Part shown: positions 25,180 to 36,350 of the stretch, piece by piece
How positions within the stretch are numbered: position 1 is the first letter of the stretch
Layout of the letters: the number at the start of each line of letters is the position of its first letter
From: Gracilinanus agilis
Taxonomy: Eukaryota
Reading direction: 5' to 3'
Length of the DNA stretch: 64,000 nucleotides
NCBI RefSeq assembly: GCF_016433145.1
Contig: NC_058130.1
Location: 601,652,283 to 601,716,282, forward strand
Program-made: the position numbers and the translations under genes
The notes under the pieces: model-generated
Database searches by the model: none
What the model was told of the DNA's origin: nothing
The model's input: the letters and a program-made list of their open reading frames with translations, nothing else

Positions 25180-25500
25180 TTGGATTTTAACCAACTGAGC
25201 AATTGAGAGTCACTTGGTGTAAGAGAAAAGAACACAGATATACCAGGCTGTGTGCAGCAGGAACACTAATTTGAAATTTTCCTGAAGTTTGAAGAAGGCA
25301 AAGTCTAGGAACAGGAAGAAGAGTAAGAATGATATTACCAGAATCCAGATGAAGTAATGAGGGCTTGTACCAGGATGGTGGCAATCTGAGCAGGTACGGT
25401 AAAGATAGATGGGAGGACAGTCATTTCCAAGGTAGAACAGACAGGAACAGAAAACTGATGTGGGGAGGGAGAGGAAGAATTCAAAGATGACTCCCCATTG
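25180..25500 (-). mobile_element. L2 fragment
   Basis: TAATCCAG-like AGAATCCAGATGAAGTAATGAGGGCTTGTACCAGGATGGTGGCA...GAATTCAAAGATGACTCC. Confidence 0.65.
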
Positions 25501-25919
25501 GTATTAATTCTTTAATACTAATATTTCACTAGTGCTGTATGCCACACAGGACACATAATGTACAAATTAAACAAAGAAGGGAAAATTATCACCAGCAGAG
25601 AAGGGAGTAGAGAGGCCCAGAGTGGGTGGTGGGAGGTTGCAACATCCAACTAATGAAGAACTTCTAAGAACAGGAATTAAAGGTGCCATCATGGAAACGG
25701 ATGAGAGGAAGAGAAAATGGGCTGGTAGTCAGGGATGGCACAACAAGTGCTCTGTTGCCATCCTCTTTTATTTCAGGAGAAACATGCAAGAACAGCAATA
25801 TACCAATGGTGAATTCACAGACAGAAGGGGAAAAGGATAAGAAGGCATAAAAGGTCCACTGTTTACATCCCTAGAAATAACATATCCAAATCAGTGAGTT
25901 CAAATGTATGAATCCTTTG

Positions 25920-26340
25920 GAAGTTATGATTCCCATCTTTCCTAATCTTTTCTCATACGTACTGACCACCACCTCAAGGTCCCTTAGGTCCTCCTCCCCC
26001 TGTTTTACTCCCAAGCTGTCACATCATCTTCTGCAGTCAAGGTGTCTCTACACAGGCTGGATTCCATGGAGCATATCAATTCTACTTTCCACTCTAGAAT
26101 CAAATTGTCATGTTCACCCCCCTCAACCTTGGTCATACCAGTTTCTCACTTTCTTTTTTCTTAGAATTCTAGGAACAAAAACATGATGACTGAGTCTAGT
26201 ACAAACTGCTACTCTTACCTACTCAAGGTCTCCAGTGATTCCTGATTCCAACTCCCATGGCTATTCCAAATTTTCACCAGCTCTGAAAAAATTAACCTGT
26301 GCCTGCTATTAACTTCTCCAATGCTCTTTTAACATCTCTG
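25920..26340 (+). mobile_element. Old L2 ORF2-derived fragment
   Basis: C/T-rich degenerate sequence (CCCCTCAACCTTGG, CTATTCCAAATTTTCACC) typical of L2 sense strand. Confidence 0.4.
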
Positions 26341-27184
26341 GGGTAAGGTAGCAATGTAACAGTGCGGCTATCCAGCTGTTAACTCCCATTAACCTCAAAA
26401 TGTATCTTCCTTCCCTCCTGTCATCCACATGGCCAGACTACTTACTGTCTTCCTTGGATCCTTCTTTCTCAGGTCCTTTCCTTTATCCCCTATGTTATTT
26501 ATTTATTACCTTTGCTTGGGTTGCCATCTTCCCCTATCAAAAAGTCCTATCTACCCCTTAGGACTCAGTTTAGATACCTAATGCCTTCCCCTATCGCCTA
26601 TGGTTGGGAAGTCATTCCACCCTAAACTTCTAGATTATACCAGTTTATATAGCAAGCAGCCCTTCATTTGCAATAAATGACTTAGCTCACTTTCTTGGCA
26701 CATGGAGAATATTATTTTCAAAATGGGGGAGGGGGAAGGGGAATCCATCTCCCTTTTCAGGATGGCATGGCAAGTTTCCCAGCAAGAGATAAATCTGTTT
26801 GTCTTTTTGTTGGGATTCTCTTAAACTACAAACCACATAAGTAATGAGTCCTTCCCACTGTCAAAACAGTTGTGGACAAGCATTTGAAAGACAGAAATAA
26901 CAGGGAAATGAGTCACTGGATGTGAGGAGTTTTGAATAAGAATGAATCCATATGGTTTTCTCCTATTATGACATCAGGAAAAGGTAACAGAATCTGGAAA
27001 CACATAATTCTACTTTTAGAAAGAAAAAGAAATCTTTATTTTTGAAAGACTAGTCTAAGGAAAGCCATGCCAACAACTCTCATAGAAAGGACAATCTTCT
27101 AATGAAAGCAAGGGAAGGAGGAAGATAAGAGATTAAGATCTGTAAGAAAAAGGTGTGGGAGTATTAGCTACACCATAAGTGATG

Positions 27185-27370
27185 GAGGCAGCTGTAGTAT
27201 AGTGCAAAGGATTGGATTTGGAGGTGAAGTCATGGATTGAGATCTTTGCTCTGCTTCTCAATACCTATATGACCATGGGAAAATGACTTCACTTGTGTAA
27301 GTTTCACTTTCCTCATCTATAAAATAAAACAACTGCTTAAGACTGCCTCTAAGACCTAAATCTGTACCCC
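27185..27370 (+). mobile_element. Old MIR
   Basis: GTTTCACTTTCCTCATCTATAAAATAAA core with degenerate head. Confidence 0.65.
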
Positions 27371-28021
27371 TATAAAATGAAATGGGATTGTTCTGCTCAC
27401 AATTTATTCAAATAACTCTTTAATTCTCAAAAGAAAAAAATGAATTTTTGTGCCATGTAAAACACAAATTTGAAGAAGTCTTTTCCAATGTGTCCCAAAT
27501 TGTGCCTGCAAAACAGCTAAGAGATCGGTAAGCACATGTCTGGGTAAACTGCCAGCCAGGGCATGTACTTGTCCTAGGCCCTCTCAAGGCATGTTTATGG
27601 TCAGTGTTTGTCCAAAGTGGCAGCACAACAAGGTGGCCAGGTGAGTACAAAGCCAAGAGGCCAAGTCAAGTCCCAGACATGGCTGCTAATGCCATGTGGT
27701 GTTCTCTCAAAAAAAGCAGTTTGTGAACTGGCTTTTGGTGGGTGACAGAAGCAAGCAAGCATTTAGTAACCACCTGTCATGAATCAGGAATGGGGCTAAG
27801 TGCTTTACAAATATTATCTTATTTGAGCCCAGTGGTTGGGGTGAGTTATTTTACAGCACCCAGACCACTGGCCACAGACTCTTAGTATAGAAGGGAGATT
27901 TAAAAAAAGGTCAACCTAACCCGCCTGGTGACTAGGAATGTGAACAAAAGAGAAACAATGTTCATGATTCTGGCAGAAGTCTTTTAAGTATGACATTAGG
28001 ACTATTTAAATGGAAATCAAT

Positions 28022-28194
28022 GGGCAACTAGGCAGCTCAGTGGATAGAGTGCCAGGCCTGAAGACTGGGGTTCTGGGTTCAAATGTGCTCTGTGACCATT
28101 CCTAGCTATGTGACCCTGAGCAAGTAACCTGCCCTTACCACTCTGCCTTGGAACCAATACTAAGTACTGATCCCAAGATGGAAAGTAAGTGGTT
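28022..28194 (+). mobile_element. SINE1_Mdo-type SINE
   Basis: GGCAGCTCAGTGGATAGAG, GGGTTCAAAT, tail CCTTGGAACCAATACTAAGTACTGA. Confidence 0.85.
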
Positions 28195-28337
28195 GGAGGG
28201 GAGTGGACACCAGAAGATTTTATACATTGATTACTGTATTTCCAAATTCCAAGCTACCCTGGCCTAAGTTTGAGTTCGATAAAAGAAAAGCTTTTGTTCC
28301 AGACAAATTCCTAATATAGCCTTATCCCTTCATTCTT

Positions 28338-28525
28338 TTTTTTAATTTTAAACCCTTGTACTTCGGTGTATTGTCTCATAGGTGGAAGATTGGTATGGGT
28401 GGGCAATGGGGGTCAAGTGACTTGCCCAGGGTCACACAGCTGGGAAGTGGTTGAGGCTGGGTTTGAACCTAGGACCTCCTGTCTCTAGGCCTGACTCTCA
28501 CTCCACTGAGCTACCCAGCTGCCCC
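28338..28525 (-). mobile_element. Young SINE1_Mdo subfamily copy with TSD
   Basis: Intact A and B boxes; 12-bp TSD CCCTTCATTCTT at 28326-28337 and 28529-28540. Confidence 0.95.
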
Positions 28526-28804
28526 TCTCCCTTCATTCTTAAGGAATCCACAAACTGAGAAGGAGGTATAATTATTTCTGTGTGTGTTATATTTCCCTAG
28601 TTACACGGAGCATTCACAATGTTTTATCCAAGCTTTGCTTCCTCCTCAAGAGAAATCTCACCAAACGGGACAAATTCGAGAAGGGGGGAAACAGTAGAGT
28701 AGGGATCTAAGGTATGACTCCTCCCCATATCCACAATAAACTAGGTAAGGTTTTTTGACAGGCCCAGTACTGTAAAAGTGAAATTTGGGAGATGCCATCT
28801 TTAA

Positions 28805-28857
28805 GTGTATGTGTGTGTGTGTGTGTATATATATATATACATATATTTTTTTTTTTT
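28805..28857. repeat. Compound (TG)n(TA)n microsatellite plus poly-T
   Basis: Directly visible; TGTG(TA)7CACA is self-complementary. Confidence 0.9.
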
Positions 28858-28869
28858 CTGGACACAGGG

Positions 28870-29070
28870 AAATTACCAAACTACATTTCCCGTGGTAAAA
28901 CGGGTTTCCGTTTCTGGTTCTTTGGGCGTGGGGATGTCTCAACGCAGAGAAGAGTTTAAATCTCCTGGGTTAGGAGGGAGTGGGTTCTCTTGGCCAGCAG
29001 ACTCGGGAGGAGACAGGAGACAATTATGGCTAGGCGGCAAGTTTTGAATGCTTACAAGCGCGTGGTCTAA
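28870..29070. promoter_or_regulatory. Promoter-like CpG cluster
   Basis: 9 CpGs in about 190 nt; ACTACATTTCCC (ZNF143/THAP11-type motif) at 28880-28891; GGGCGTGG (SP/KLF) at 28924-28931. Confidence 0.45.
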
Positions 29071-29207
29071 TAACTTTATCTATCAGAATGGCTTTAATTA
29101 AAATACTAATTTCTATATTTATACCAGCCTTTATTATTTTTCATATTTATAGTACCTAGACAAATAGGCCAACGCTCTTTAATTTCAGCTCTGCCTAGCA
29201 ATGGTGG

Positions 29208-29420
29208 TGGGCAGCTAGGTGGTCCAGTGGATAGAATGCCAAGCCTGCAATCAGGAAGACTCATCCCTGGGCAAGTCACTGAACCTGTTTGCCTCAGTTT
29301 CCTCATCTGTAAAATGAGCTACATAAGGAAATGGCAAACCACTCCAGTATCTTTGCCAAGAAAATCTCCAAAAGATGTCACAAAGGGTCAGAAATGAATG
29401 AAAACAAATAAACAACAATA
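29208..29420 (+). mobile_element. Mar1-type CORE SINE with RTE/BovB-like tail
   Basis: GCAGCTAGGTGG head, CORE, AAGGAAATGGCAAACCACTCCAGTATCTTTGCCAAGAAA. Confidence 0.9.
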
Positions 29421-29639
29421 GCAGCACTGACATGAGTTTATCCTCTTTTATACAAGTATACAAGTATATGACAGTCATTACTCAAGATACTATGGAAACA
29501 CTGTCTGAATGAGGACAAAATGAGACATTTTATACAACTATTCCTAACTAGATTCACTGGGCAACAAATTAAATAAATTAAATAAATTAAATAAAAATTA
29601 TTCAAAAGTAACCAAAAAAACTGATATAGTGTAGAGGAG

Positions 29640-29840
29640 TTCTGTGAAGTTGGCTATACAGAGAATTGGTTCAAATCCTGAGTGAGGTACTTGACGGTTA
29701 TGTGGCCTTAGACAAGTCATGTTCACCTTTCTGTGGACTTCAATTTCCTAATCTATAAAATGGGAATAACACAATTTACACAATTTACTTCACAGGATGG
29801 TTGAGAGGAAGATGTTTTATAAACCTGTAAGCATAAATTA
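29640..29840 (+). mobile_element. Old MIR
   Basis: GGTTCAAATCCTG...GACTTCAATTTCCTAATCTATAAAATGGGAATAA. Confidence 0.7.
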
Positions 29841-31559
29841 TTGAAATATGAATTAAAAATTACTATCATGCACATTTTTAGTGCCTACATTCTAGCCCAG
29901 TGCCACAACATGGCTATTTTAATTTATAAAGCACACACACACAGGCCCCTACACCCAGTGTATGTGGGGGAAAAAGAGAGGGCTTCCATGCCCCACTGCA
30001 ACACCACTCATTCACCCTGTAGGAAAACCTATGTGCCTATACAAGGTCAAATCCCATTCCATTATGCAGTATACTGATGCTGTCTCTTAAGAGACACAAT
30101 CCATTAATGTAACATTTATTGCAATTAAGCCACACAGTTTAATGTCATCAAGAGGCTTTAATTAGAAGGCTGCCATGTCTTCCCTCAGTCAGATAAGTTT
30201 TCCCCCTTTTTGCATGCATGTATTTCCATGTAGAGGCACACAAGACACATTCTTTCCTATAACAAAAGATCTTTATAAGGATATTTTGGTAATGGATTTG
30301 GGAGGCTTTGCCCTTCTGTTGCCATCCCAATCCCAAACTGATCCAGAGAGGCCAAAATTCTTGGAACCTCATTTGTCCAGTACTTCAGAGGACTACCAAA
30401 GGTTTAGAACAGAACTAGTCCATTTGCCCTTTAAAAGTAATCAGCACCTTTTTCAGAGTTTTGTTGATAGGTGTGATGTATGCATATTAAATTAAATAAG
30501 GGCCTCCTTCTACCATTTTATTTTAACATTTCCTACTTGTCAATGGATTCCTACGGGGGGGCTATTCCTGCCAACTGATTTCAATGACATTTCCAGAATC
30601 TCCTGAATCAGCCTAATACCTGTCACAAACTTGTGTCCTTCCCTGCCTTCCTCCAAACCATTCCTTTATGGCACCCCCACCTAGGTTCTTTCCTGAGTAT
30701 AGTTCTTAATAAAGTAACCATACACCTACATCTCAGTCTTCATTTCAACCTTTGTACTATGCATGCTACCTCTAAATTCTATGTAGAATTTAGAGGGTTG
30801 TCCAGTATAACTCTTTGTTCCCTTTAATTATACCAATCTTTACATTTCAGAGACACCAAGATATATGGGAGTGATAAAGGAATATATTCTTTTACAAGGA
30901 AAAATATGCTTGAAAAAAATTGAGAATCTTTCTAATGCAATCCTCATAGAAATCATGCTCTTTTCCAACTGTGTCATGTTTGATCTCAACAAAGTAAAAA
31001 CTAGAAGCCTTGCAAAACTTGAAAGGCAAATCATAAGGCCAGGGAAAACAGTGTACCCAGTAAGGTTCCAAATCATTAAATTCAAAAAAGTTGCCTCTCA
31101 CAAAGTTCCAGGGTGGGCTAATTCCTTTTCTTATTTCTCCCATTTCCCTGATCACTTCTATAGTACAGTCATTTGAAAGAAAGCCCCCAAAAGAAGTAGT
31201 TTGTTTGAGGAAAAATAGAGAAGTTTCAGGCACAAGTGGAAGAACTTAACAAGAAAGGAGTAAGAGTTAAATTTAAGGGTCTTCTCACAAAAGGAGGAAA
31301 AAACCCAGAATTTTATTAATACACATGCCATTTTTGTGAAATGAACTTAGATTTCAATAAAGATAGAGCTTTGTATATTTTTAATGAATCCCTGTATACT
31401 ATAATACATACAAAATTACTTCCAGTATTCAAAATGGGTGTTGAAAAGTACCTAAATTATTATAAGATATGAAGCACAAGAAAATGTTTTACTTTCTGAT
31501 TCCTAAACACCACTAATATAACCTAAAAATAAAATTTGCTTGCCTAGGAAAGTATCCTT

Positions 31560-31736
31560 NNNNNNNNNNNNNNNNNNNNNNNNNNNNNNNNNNNNNNNNN
31601 NNNNNNNNNNNNNNNNNNNNNNNNNNNNNNNNNNNNNNNNNNNNNNNNNNNNNNNNNNNNNNNNNNNNNNNNNNNNNNNNNNNNNNNNNNNNNNNNNNNN
31701 NNNNNNNNNNNNNNNNNNNNNNNNNNNNNNNNNNNN
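31560..31736. other. Assembly gap (177 N)
   Basis: N run. Confidence 0.99.
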
Positions 31737-33049
31737 ACTGCTTAGAGAAATCATATTTCTGCTAAGGAAGAAAAGTTGCATTTAAGTAATTAACATTATT
31801 GGAAGAATAGCAGAGGAGGAAACATCGCCACACAGACACCACATTTCCTCTAGCAATTTTAAGTCCTGACCACTGTGTTGTATCAAGAACTGGCCACACA
31901 AGTGGATAAACTTAACCATTCCTGTACTTGTGCAGGATGTGGACATGGTACTAATGAGAGCAGAGGCCTGTAGTATAACCTTGCCAGACCAAATAACCTC
32001 CTGACCACACAAGCGGGAAATAATTAAAACAAGCACAATTCTAATTTGGCTTTGTAGCCAGATGGGGAATGTAAAACCAGACAAAGAATCATTTTGTGAA
32101 TAACCTGGGGAATGGTCCTATATTGAAGGGAGGAGGGGGGAGGGGAAGGGGAGGCGCCACCAACACATAACTGGTTTCCATTTTTGCTATTCAAAAGCAT
32201 GTTCTTACAAAAACATGGGAGGCAACAAGACTCCTATCAGAATTATCTCACAGAATATGCATTCTAAGGGCAAATTTTTCCCCAGTTCTCCCTACTTAGG
32301 TTAGAAGCAGATTAAGGGTTCAGATTAAGCATCAAGGCAGATTCTTCAGTTCTTTCCATGTCCATTAAAGTCCAATGGAGTCCATGGAAAGGCAGCCTAC
32401 CTTCTTTCTGCAGGCCTAACACTCCTTTCTGTATCTTCAATGGAATGCACACATGTTCCTACCAAAATGGCCTACTCAGGAAGGCTGGGGTAAAACTGGG
32501 ATTGGGGGGGGAGGGTGGGGGAAGGGGTGTTGGTGGCCACCCACAGACTCTTATCAGGGTATGCTGTGAATGTTCTAAAGCAGAATCTATATTTCTTCTC
32601 AATCTTAAACTAGAACTCTCCTCAGTCAAAGAATCCTGGCAAAAAAAAGAACAAGGTTAATTCTTTTTTTTTCCCCCTTTCAGGGTACAGGGGAGTGATG
32701 GTAGAGGATACCCTAAGTATACAGATATATGAAAAAAAAAATCTGGCATAAATTTGAAGGATGGCAAAATCAAAATGGTTATGTGACCCTCAAAGGCTGA
32801 GGACTGTTTGAAAGCAGTTTAACCCTGGTATTAAGGATGAAAGCTCTCGCTCATGAAAGGCAGACATTAACTAATCTGCTTACCCTCAGAAAGAGTGGGG
32901 GCCAAGTACACATGCATACATTATATACAGTATGTACAGACAAACACACTTCCTTCGGTTTACAATAAGGCTGCCAAGTATGTAGGAGCATAATCATAAC
33001 AGAGCTTATTTCAGCCCATCACTGTAATCGTGCTCAAACACTGTTCTTT

Positions 33050-33330
33050 GTATTGAGTCAAGCTTGCTGTCAATTATTCCTATAAATCCCATCTGCAGTT
33101 CCCACAGAGCCTCAGACAGACAGCACTGGGGTTAAATCACTTGTTTCCGGTGTTGGGCCTGGTGATGAGCTGCCCCAGACCAGCCACACATCATCATACT
33201 CAGTCCAATCTAGAAACAGGGGAAGAGCCACAGGTGACAGGAATCTATAGGAACACTCTAATTTTTATTGGTTGAGGGAGGGGAGACTTAGCCAACACCA
33301 ATCAATTTGGCAGAAGCAAAGGAGAGGGTA
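33050..33330. promoter_or_regulatory. Candidate enhancer/promoter motif cluster
   Basis: TGAGTCA (33054), TTTCCGGT (33144), CCAAT/ATTGG at 33205, 33267 and 33298, NFI half-sites at 33289 and 33307; non-repeat context. Confidence 0.3.
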
Positions 33331-33762
33331 AGATAAATAAATGCCTTTTCCCATGTTCCCCTTTGGTTCTATTTAGTTTGACGTAGAGGTCTAACAGCTA
33401 CATGATCAGACCTCCCAGTTAAGGCCTTTAAGTATTTAAAAGTTACCTACAAACACTCTTCTTGGAAGATAGCAATTAATTTTTTTCCCATTGACTTGAA
33501 CTTGAGCCTGTGGCAAAAGGGAAAGAGTAATAAATTTGGAGTCCAAAAAGACATGGGTTCAATGTTCAGCTCAGAGACCGTTAAAAGTAGGAATGGATTT
33601 GGAATCCAGAGACCTGTGTTGCAATGCCTCTCCATTACTAGAACGGGGAGTCATGTTACCTGTGTAACTGGCGATACAGCCCTTCAGCTCTTTGGAACAC
33701 AGATCCCCATCACAGATGTGCCTTCTAACTCAAAATATTAAAGCCTGCGATCTCTCTAAGGA

Positions 33763-33965
33763 GCCAGCTAAATGGCTCAGGAGAATGTTGGGCCTGGAGT
33801 CAAATGTGACCCCAGATACTTTCTAGCTCTGGTATCCTGGGCAAGTTATTTAACCTCAAATTCCCTGAAAAAAAGGTTCCACTGGAGAAGGAAATGGCAC
33901 TGCTAACATATCCCTGCTAAGAAACTGATGGAGTTCAGGAAGAGACAAGAAATGACTGAACAATA
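33763..33965 (+). mobile_element. Mar1-type SINE
   Basis: CAGCTAAATGGCTCAG head; CCACTGGAGAAGGAAATGGCA tail; AAATGACTGAACAA end. Confidence 0.75.
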
Positions 33966-34429
33966 ACCAAATGACTTCTCTAGGCCTTAGTTTCCTCATC
34001 TTTAAAATGGAGCTGAGAATGATCCTATGATACTTGGGAATCCCTTGAATGAATTCCTATGCAAAGGTTTAAGAACACCACTATCTTAGGTGTGATCCAA
34101 AAGGATAGAGACATGCTACAGTTTCTAAAAACAACTCCCCTCTCCTCAGAAGACCCCATGAAGTCTTCATTTTTTATACATTTTGTAGGTGAATCCCAGG
34201 TTTTCCTATATGAAATCAGTCCAAAAGGCCAAACAAAAGGAAGATCTCACTCCCCTCTATTACCCCCTGACCCCCACAAACCCATCTGAATATTTAGAAA
34301 AAAAAAAAAAAAAAAAACTCTGCTTCCCTCCCTCTAAGCATGTTACATGGAATGCAAATCAGTCATCTATAAATTTGTATAAGTAAATCTTCCTGTGGTA
34401 AGGCTGGCCTTTTTCTTAAAACACTTAAA

Positions 34430-34780
34430 AATTGCGCAGAATTTAAAAACTTTTTTCTAACCTGGTTAAAAAATTATCTTCCCAATTATGAATACTGAAT
34501 GAACCGCAAAACCCTAAAGCTATGTGCACAGGTGATGTGATGCCTGTGTGCATAGGTGTCTCCATGGAAATACATACTCCATACCTTTGAACTGCCAAAT
34601 CTCTTAATGTTGGAGCGAGTCCACTTGGGAGCTGGGTTGTAAGCCATTCCAACTGCATCCGGCCCCTCCTGCCTTCACACACGCAGAGCTCCCAGTCTAA
34701 TCCCCACTCTGTGCCACGTCACCTCCCCTCGAATCCAGCGATGTTCATTTCCAGTCCCCTAAAGGAGGCCTCGGTTCCTG
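34430..34780. promoter_or_regulatory. CpG-retaining candidate regulatory element
   Basis: 9 CpGs; GCCACGTCA at 34713-34721; CCTTTGAA. Confidence 0.3.
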
Positions 34781-34835
34781 CTATGCCTTGGGCCTGAGCA
34801 ACCTGTAAGATTTGTAAACCAAGATCCTCCTACGG

Positions 34836-35169
34836 CAGTGATGGCAAATCTATGACACGCGTGTCAGCACTGACACACATAGCCATTTTCGATGACACAC
34901 GGCCACATGCAGTCAAATACAGAGAAGTATGGGGCCATATGCTGAGGAAGAAACAGGTGCTATATAGTGTAGTATAGACAGTCTGTGCACTATAGATGAC
35001 AATTCTACCTTGATTTATTAAATAGTTATATATTACATTCATATATTTTTTGTTATTTAAAATGTCATGAAATTATGTTGTTTTTTTCTCAAAGTGACAC
35101 ACCACCCAAGTTATGCTTGGTTTTTTGGTGAATTTTGACACACCAACCTCAAAAGGTTGCCCATCTCTG
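34836..35169. mobile_element. Non-autonomous hAT MITE, 334 bp
   Basis: TIRs CAGTGATGGCAAATCT and AGGTTGCCCATCTCTG; TSD TCCTACGG / TCCTAGGG (7 of 8); subterminal palindrome TGACACGCGTGTCA at 34853-34866. Confidence 0.92.
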
Positions 35170-35369
35170 TCCTAGGGCTTTCTTCTCTTCTCTTCACGGG
35201 GAAGGTAGCAAAGCTAGCAAAGGCCTGGAGCCCAATCACAAGGAGGAAATGGGCAAAAGGAAGGAGAGTTTTTATAGAAAGAAATGCTGAATTGAGAGAT
35301 CATCGATATTGGTGTGGAATTGTTTTCATCATATCTGACTTTTGGTGATTCCATTCGAGGTTCTCCTAG

Positions 35370-35560
35370 CAAAGATAGTGGAGTGCTTCACCATTTTGTT
35401 CTCCAGCTCATTTGACAGATGAGGAAACTGAGGTCAACAGGTTTCAGTGCCTGGCCTTGGATCACACAGTGTGTGTCTGGGGCTGGATTTGAACTCAGAT
35501 AAATAAGTCCTCCTGATTCCAAACCCAGAGCTCTATCCACTGGGCCACCTCGCTGCCCTC
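35370..35560 (-). mobile_element. Mar1-type SINE
   Basis: CCTAGCAAAGATAGTGGAGTG...GACAGATGAGGAAACTGAGG...CCACTGGGCCACCTCGCTGCCC. Confidence 0.85.
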
Positions 35561-35564
35561 AGGG

Positions 35565-35730
35565 ATTAGAGGTTCATTCAAATCCCACCTCAGCCACTGT
35601 GTGTTCTGTGACCTGGGAAAGTCACACTTAAATCTTTTCAGTTCCTGGTTTCCTTATTCCCCCCCCCCCAAAAAAAAGGGGGGGGGGAGAGAAGGTGAGC
35701 ACCAAACTAGATGAACCCTAAGGTTCCTTC
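35565..35730 (+). mobile_element. MIR fragment carrying a C11-A8-G10 homopolymer expansion
   Basis: GTTCATTCAAATCCCACCTC...GTGACCTGGGAAAGTCAC; expansion at 35659-35687. Confidence 0.6.
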
Positions 35731-36159
35731 CAAACCCTATAGAGGCAAAGTAACCTTCCCCAAAGTCCAACAAGAAGAATTCCTGAGGAATCACTTTTCA
35801 CAACACAGTACAGGTTATAGCAGGAAAAAGCAAGAAAAGAGCTTTCATTTTATAGACAAGTTAGCAAAGAAGGAAGCCAAAGACTAGCCCAAGGCTCATG
35901 CAGCCAGTACATGACCCAGCCAGAGCTGGCACTTCAGTGTCCTCACCACCATTCCTCATCCTTCCCTTGGATAACTGTGGCTATTTCTACAGGGGACAAC
36001 ATGACCTCCTTCTGGAGGACTTTTCCTAGGTCTTAGCTTCCCAAGAAATATCTGCCAGCATGAGAGTCCATTCTTCCTATACTATACCTTCTCTAAAGAA
36101 GACCATCTGAAGCAGTGGCTCCTTTCTATACACTCTGAACAATGGTCAGACCATTTATG

Positions 36160-36350
36160 GAGGCAGCTAAGTGATGGAGTTCAAATCTGACCCCTGGCAC
36201 TCACCAGATGTGTGACTCTGGGCAAGTCATTTAACTTCTGTTTTCTTTAATCTACTGGAGAAGGAGATGGCAAACCACTCTAGCATCTTTGCCATAAAAA
36301 CTCTATGGACAGCATTGGTGTGCATCATGAAGAGACAGGCACAACTAAAC
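36160..36350 (+). mobile_element. Mar1-type SINE
   Basis: GGAGGCAGCTAAGTG head; CTGGAGAAGGAGATGGCAAACCACTCTAGCATCTTTGCC. Confidence 0.85.

Noticed and set aside
29026-29070. MARRQVLNAYKRVV, faintly like an LYR-motif N-terminus
   Set aside because: Stops after 14 codons with no credible splice donor
30840-31233. Three overlapping ORFs of 81-113 aa
   Set aside because: No recognisable domain or convincing splice sites; compatible with chance
32660-32780. Very strong plus-strand acceptor (long pyrimidine tract, CAG at 32681-32683)
   Set aside because: No good donor or coding frame follows; such tracts are common here
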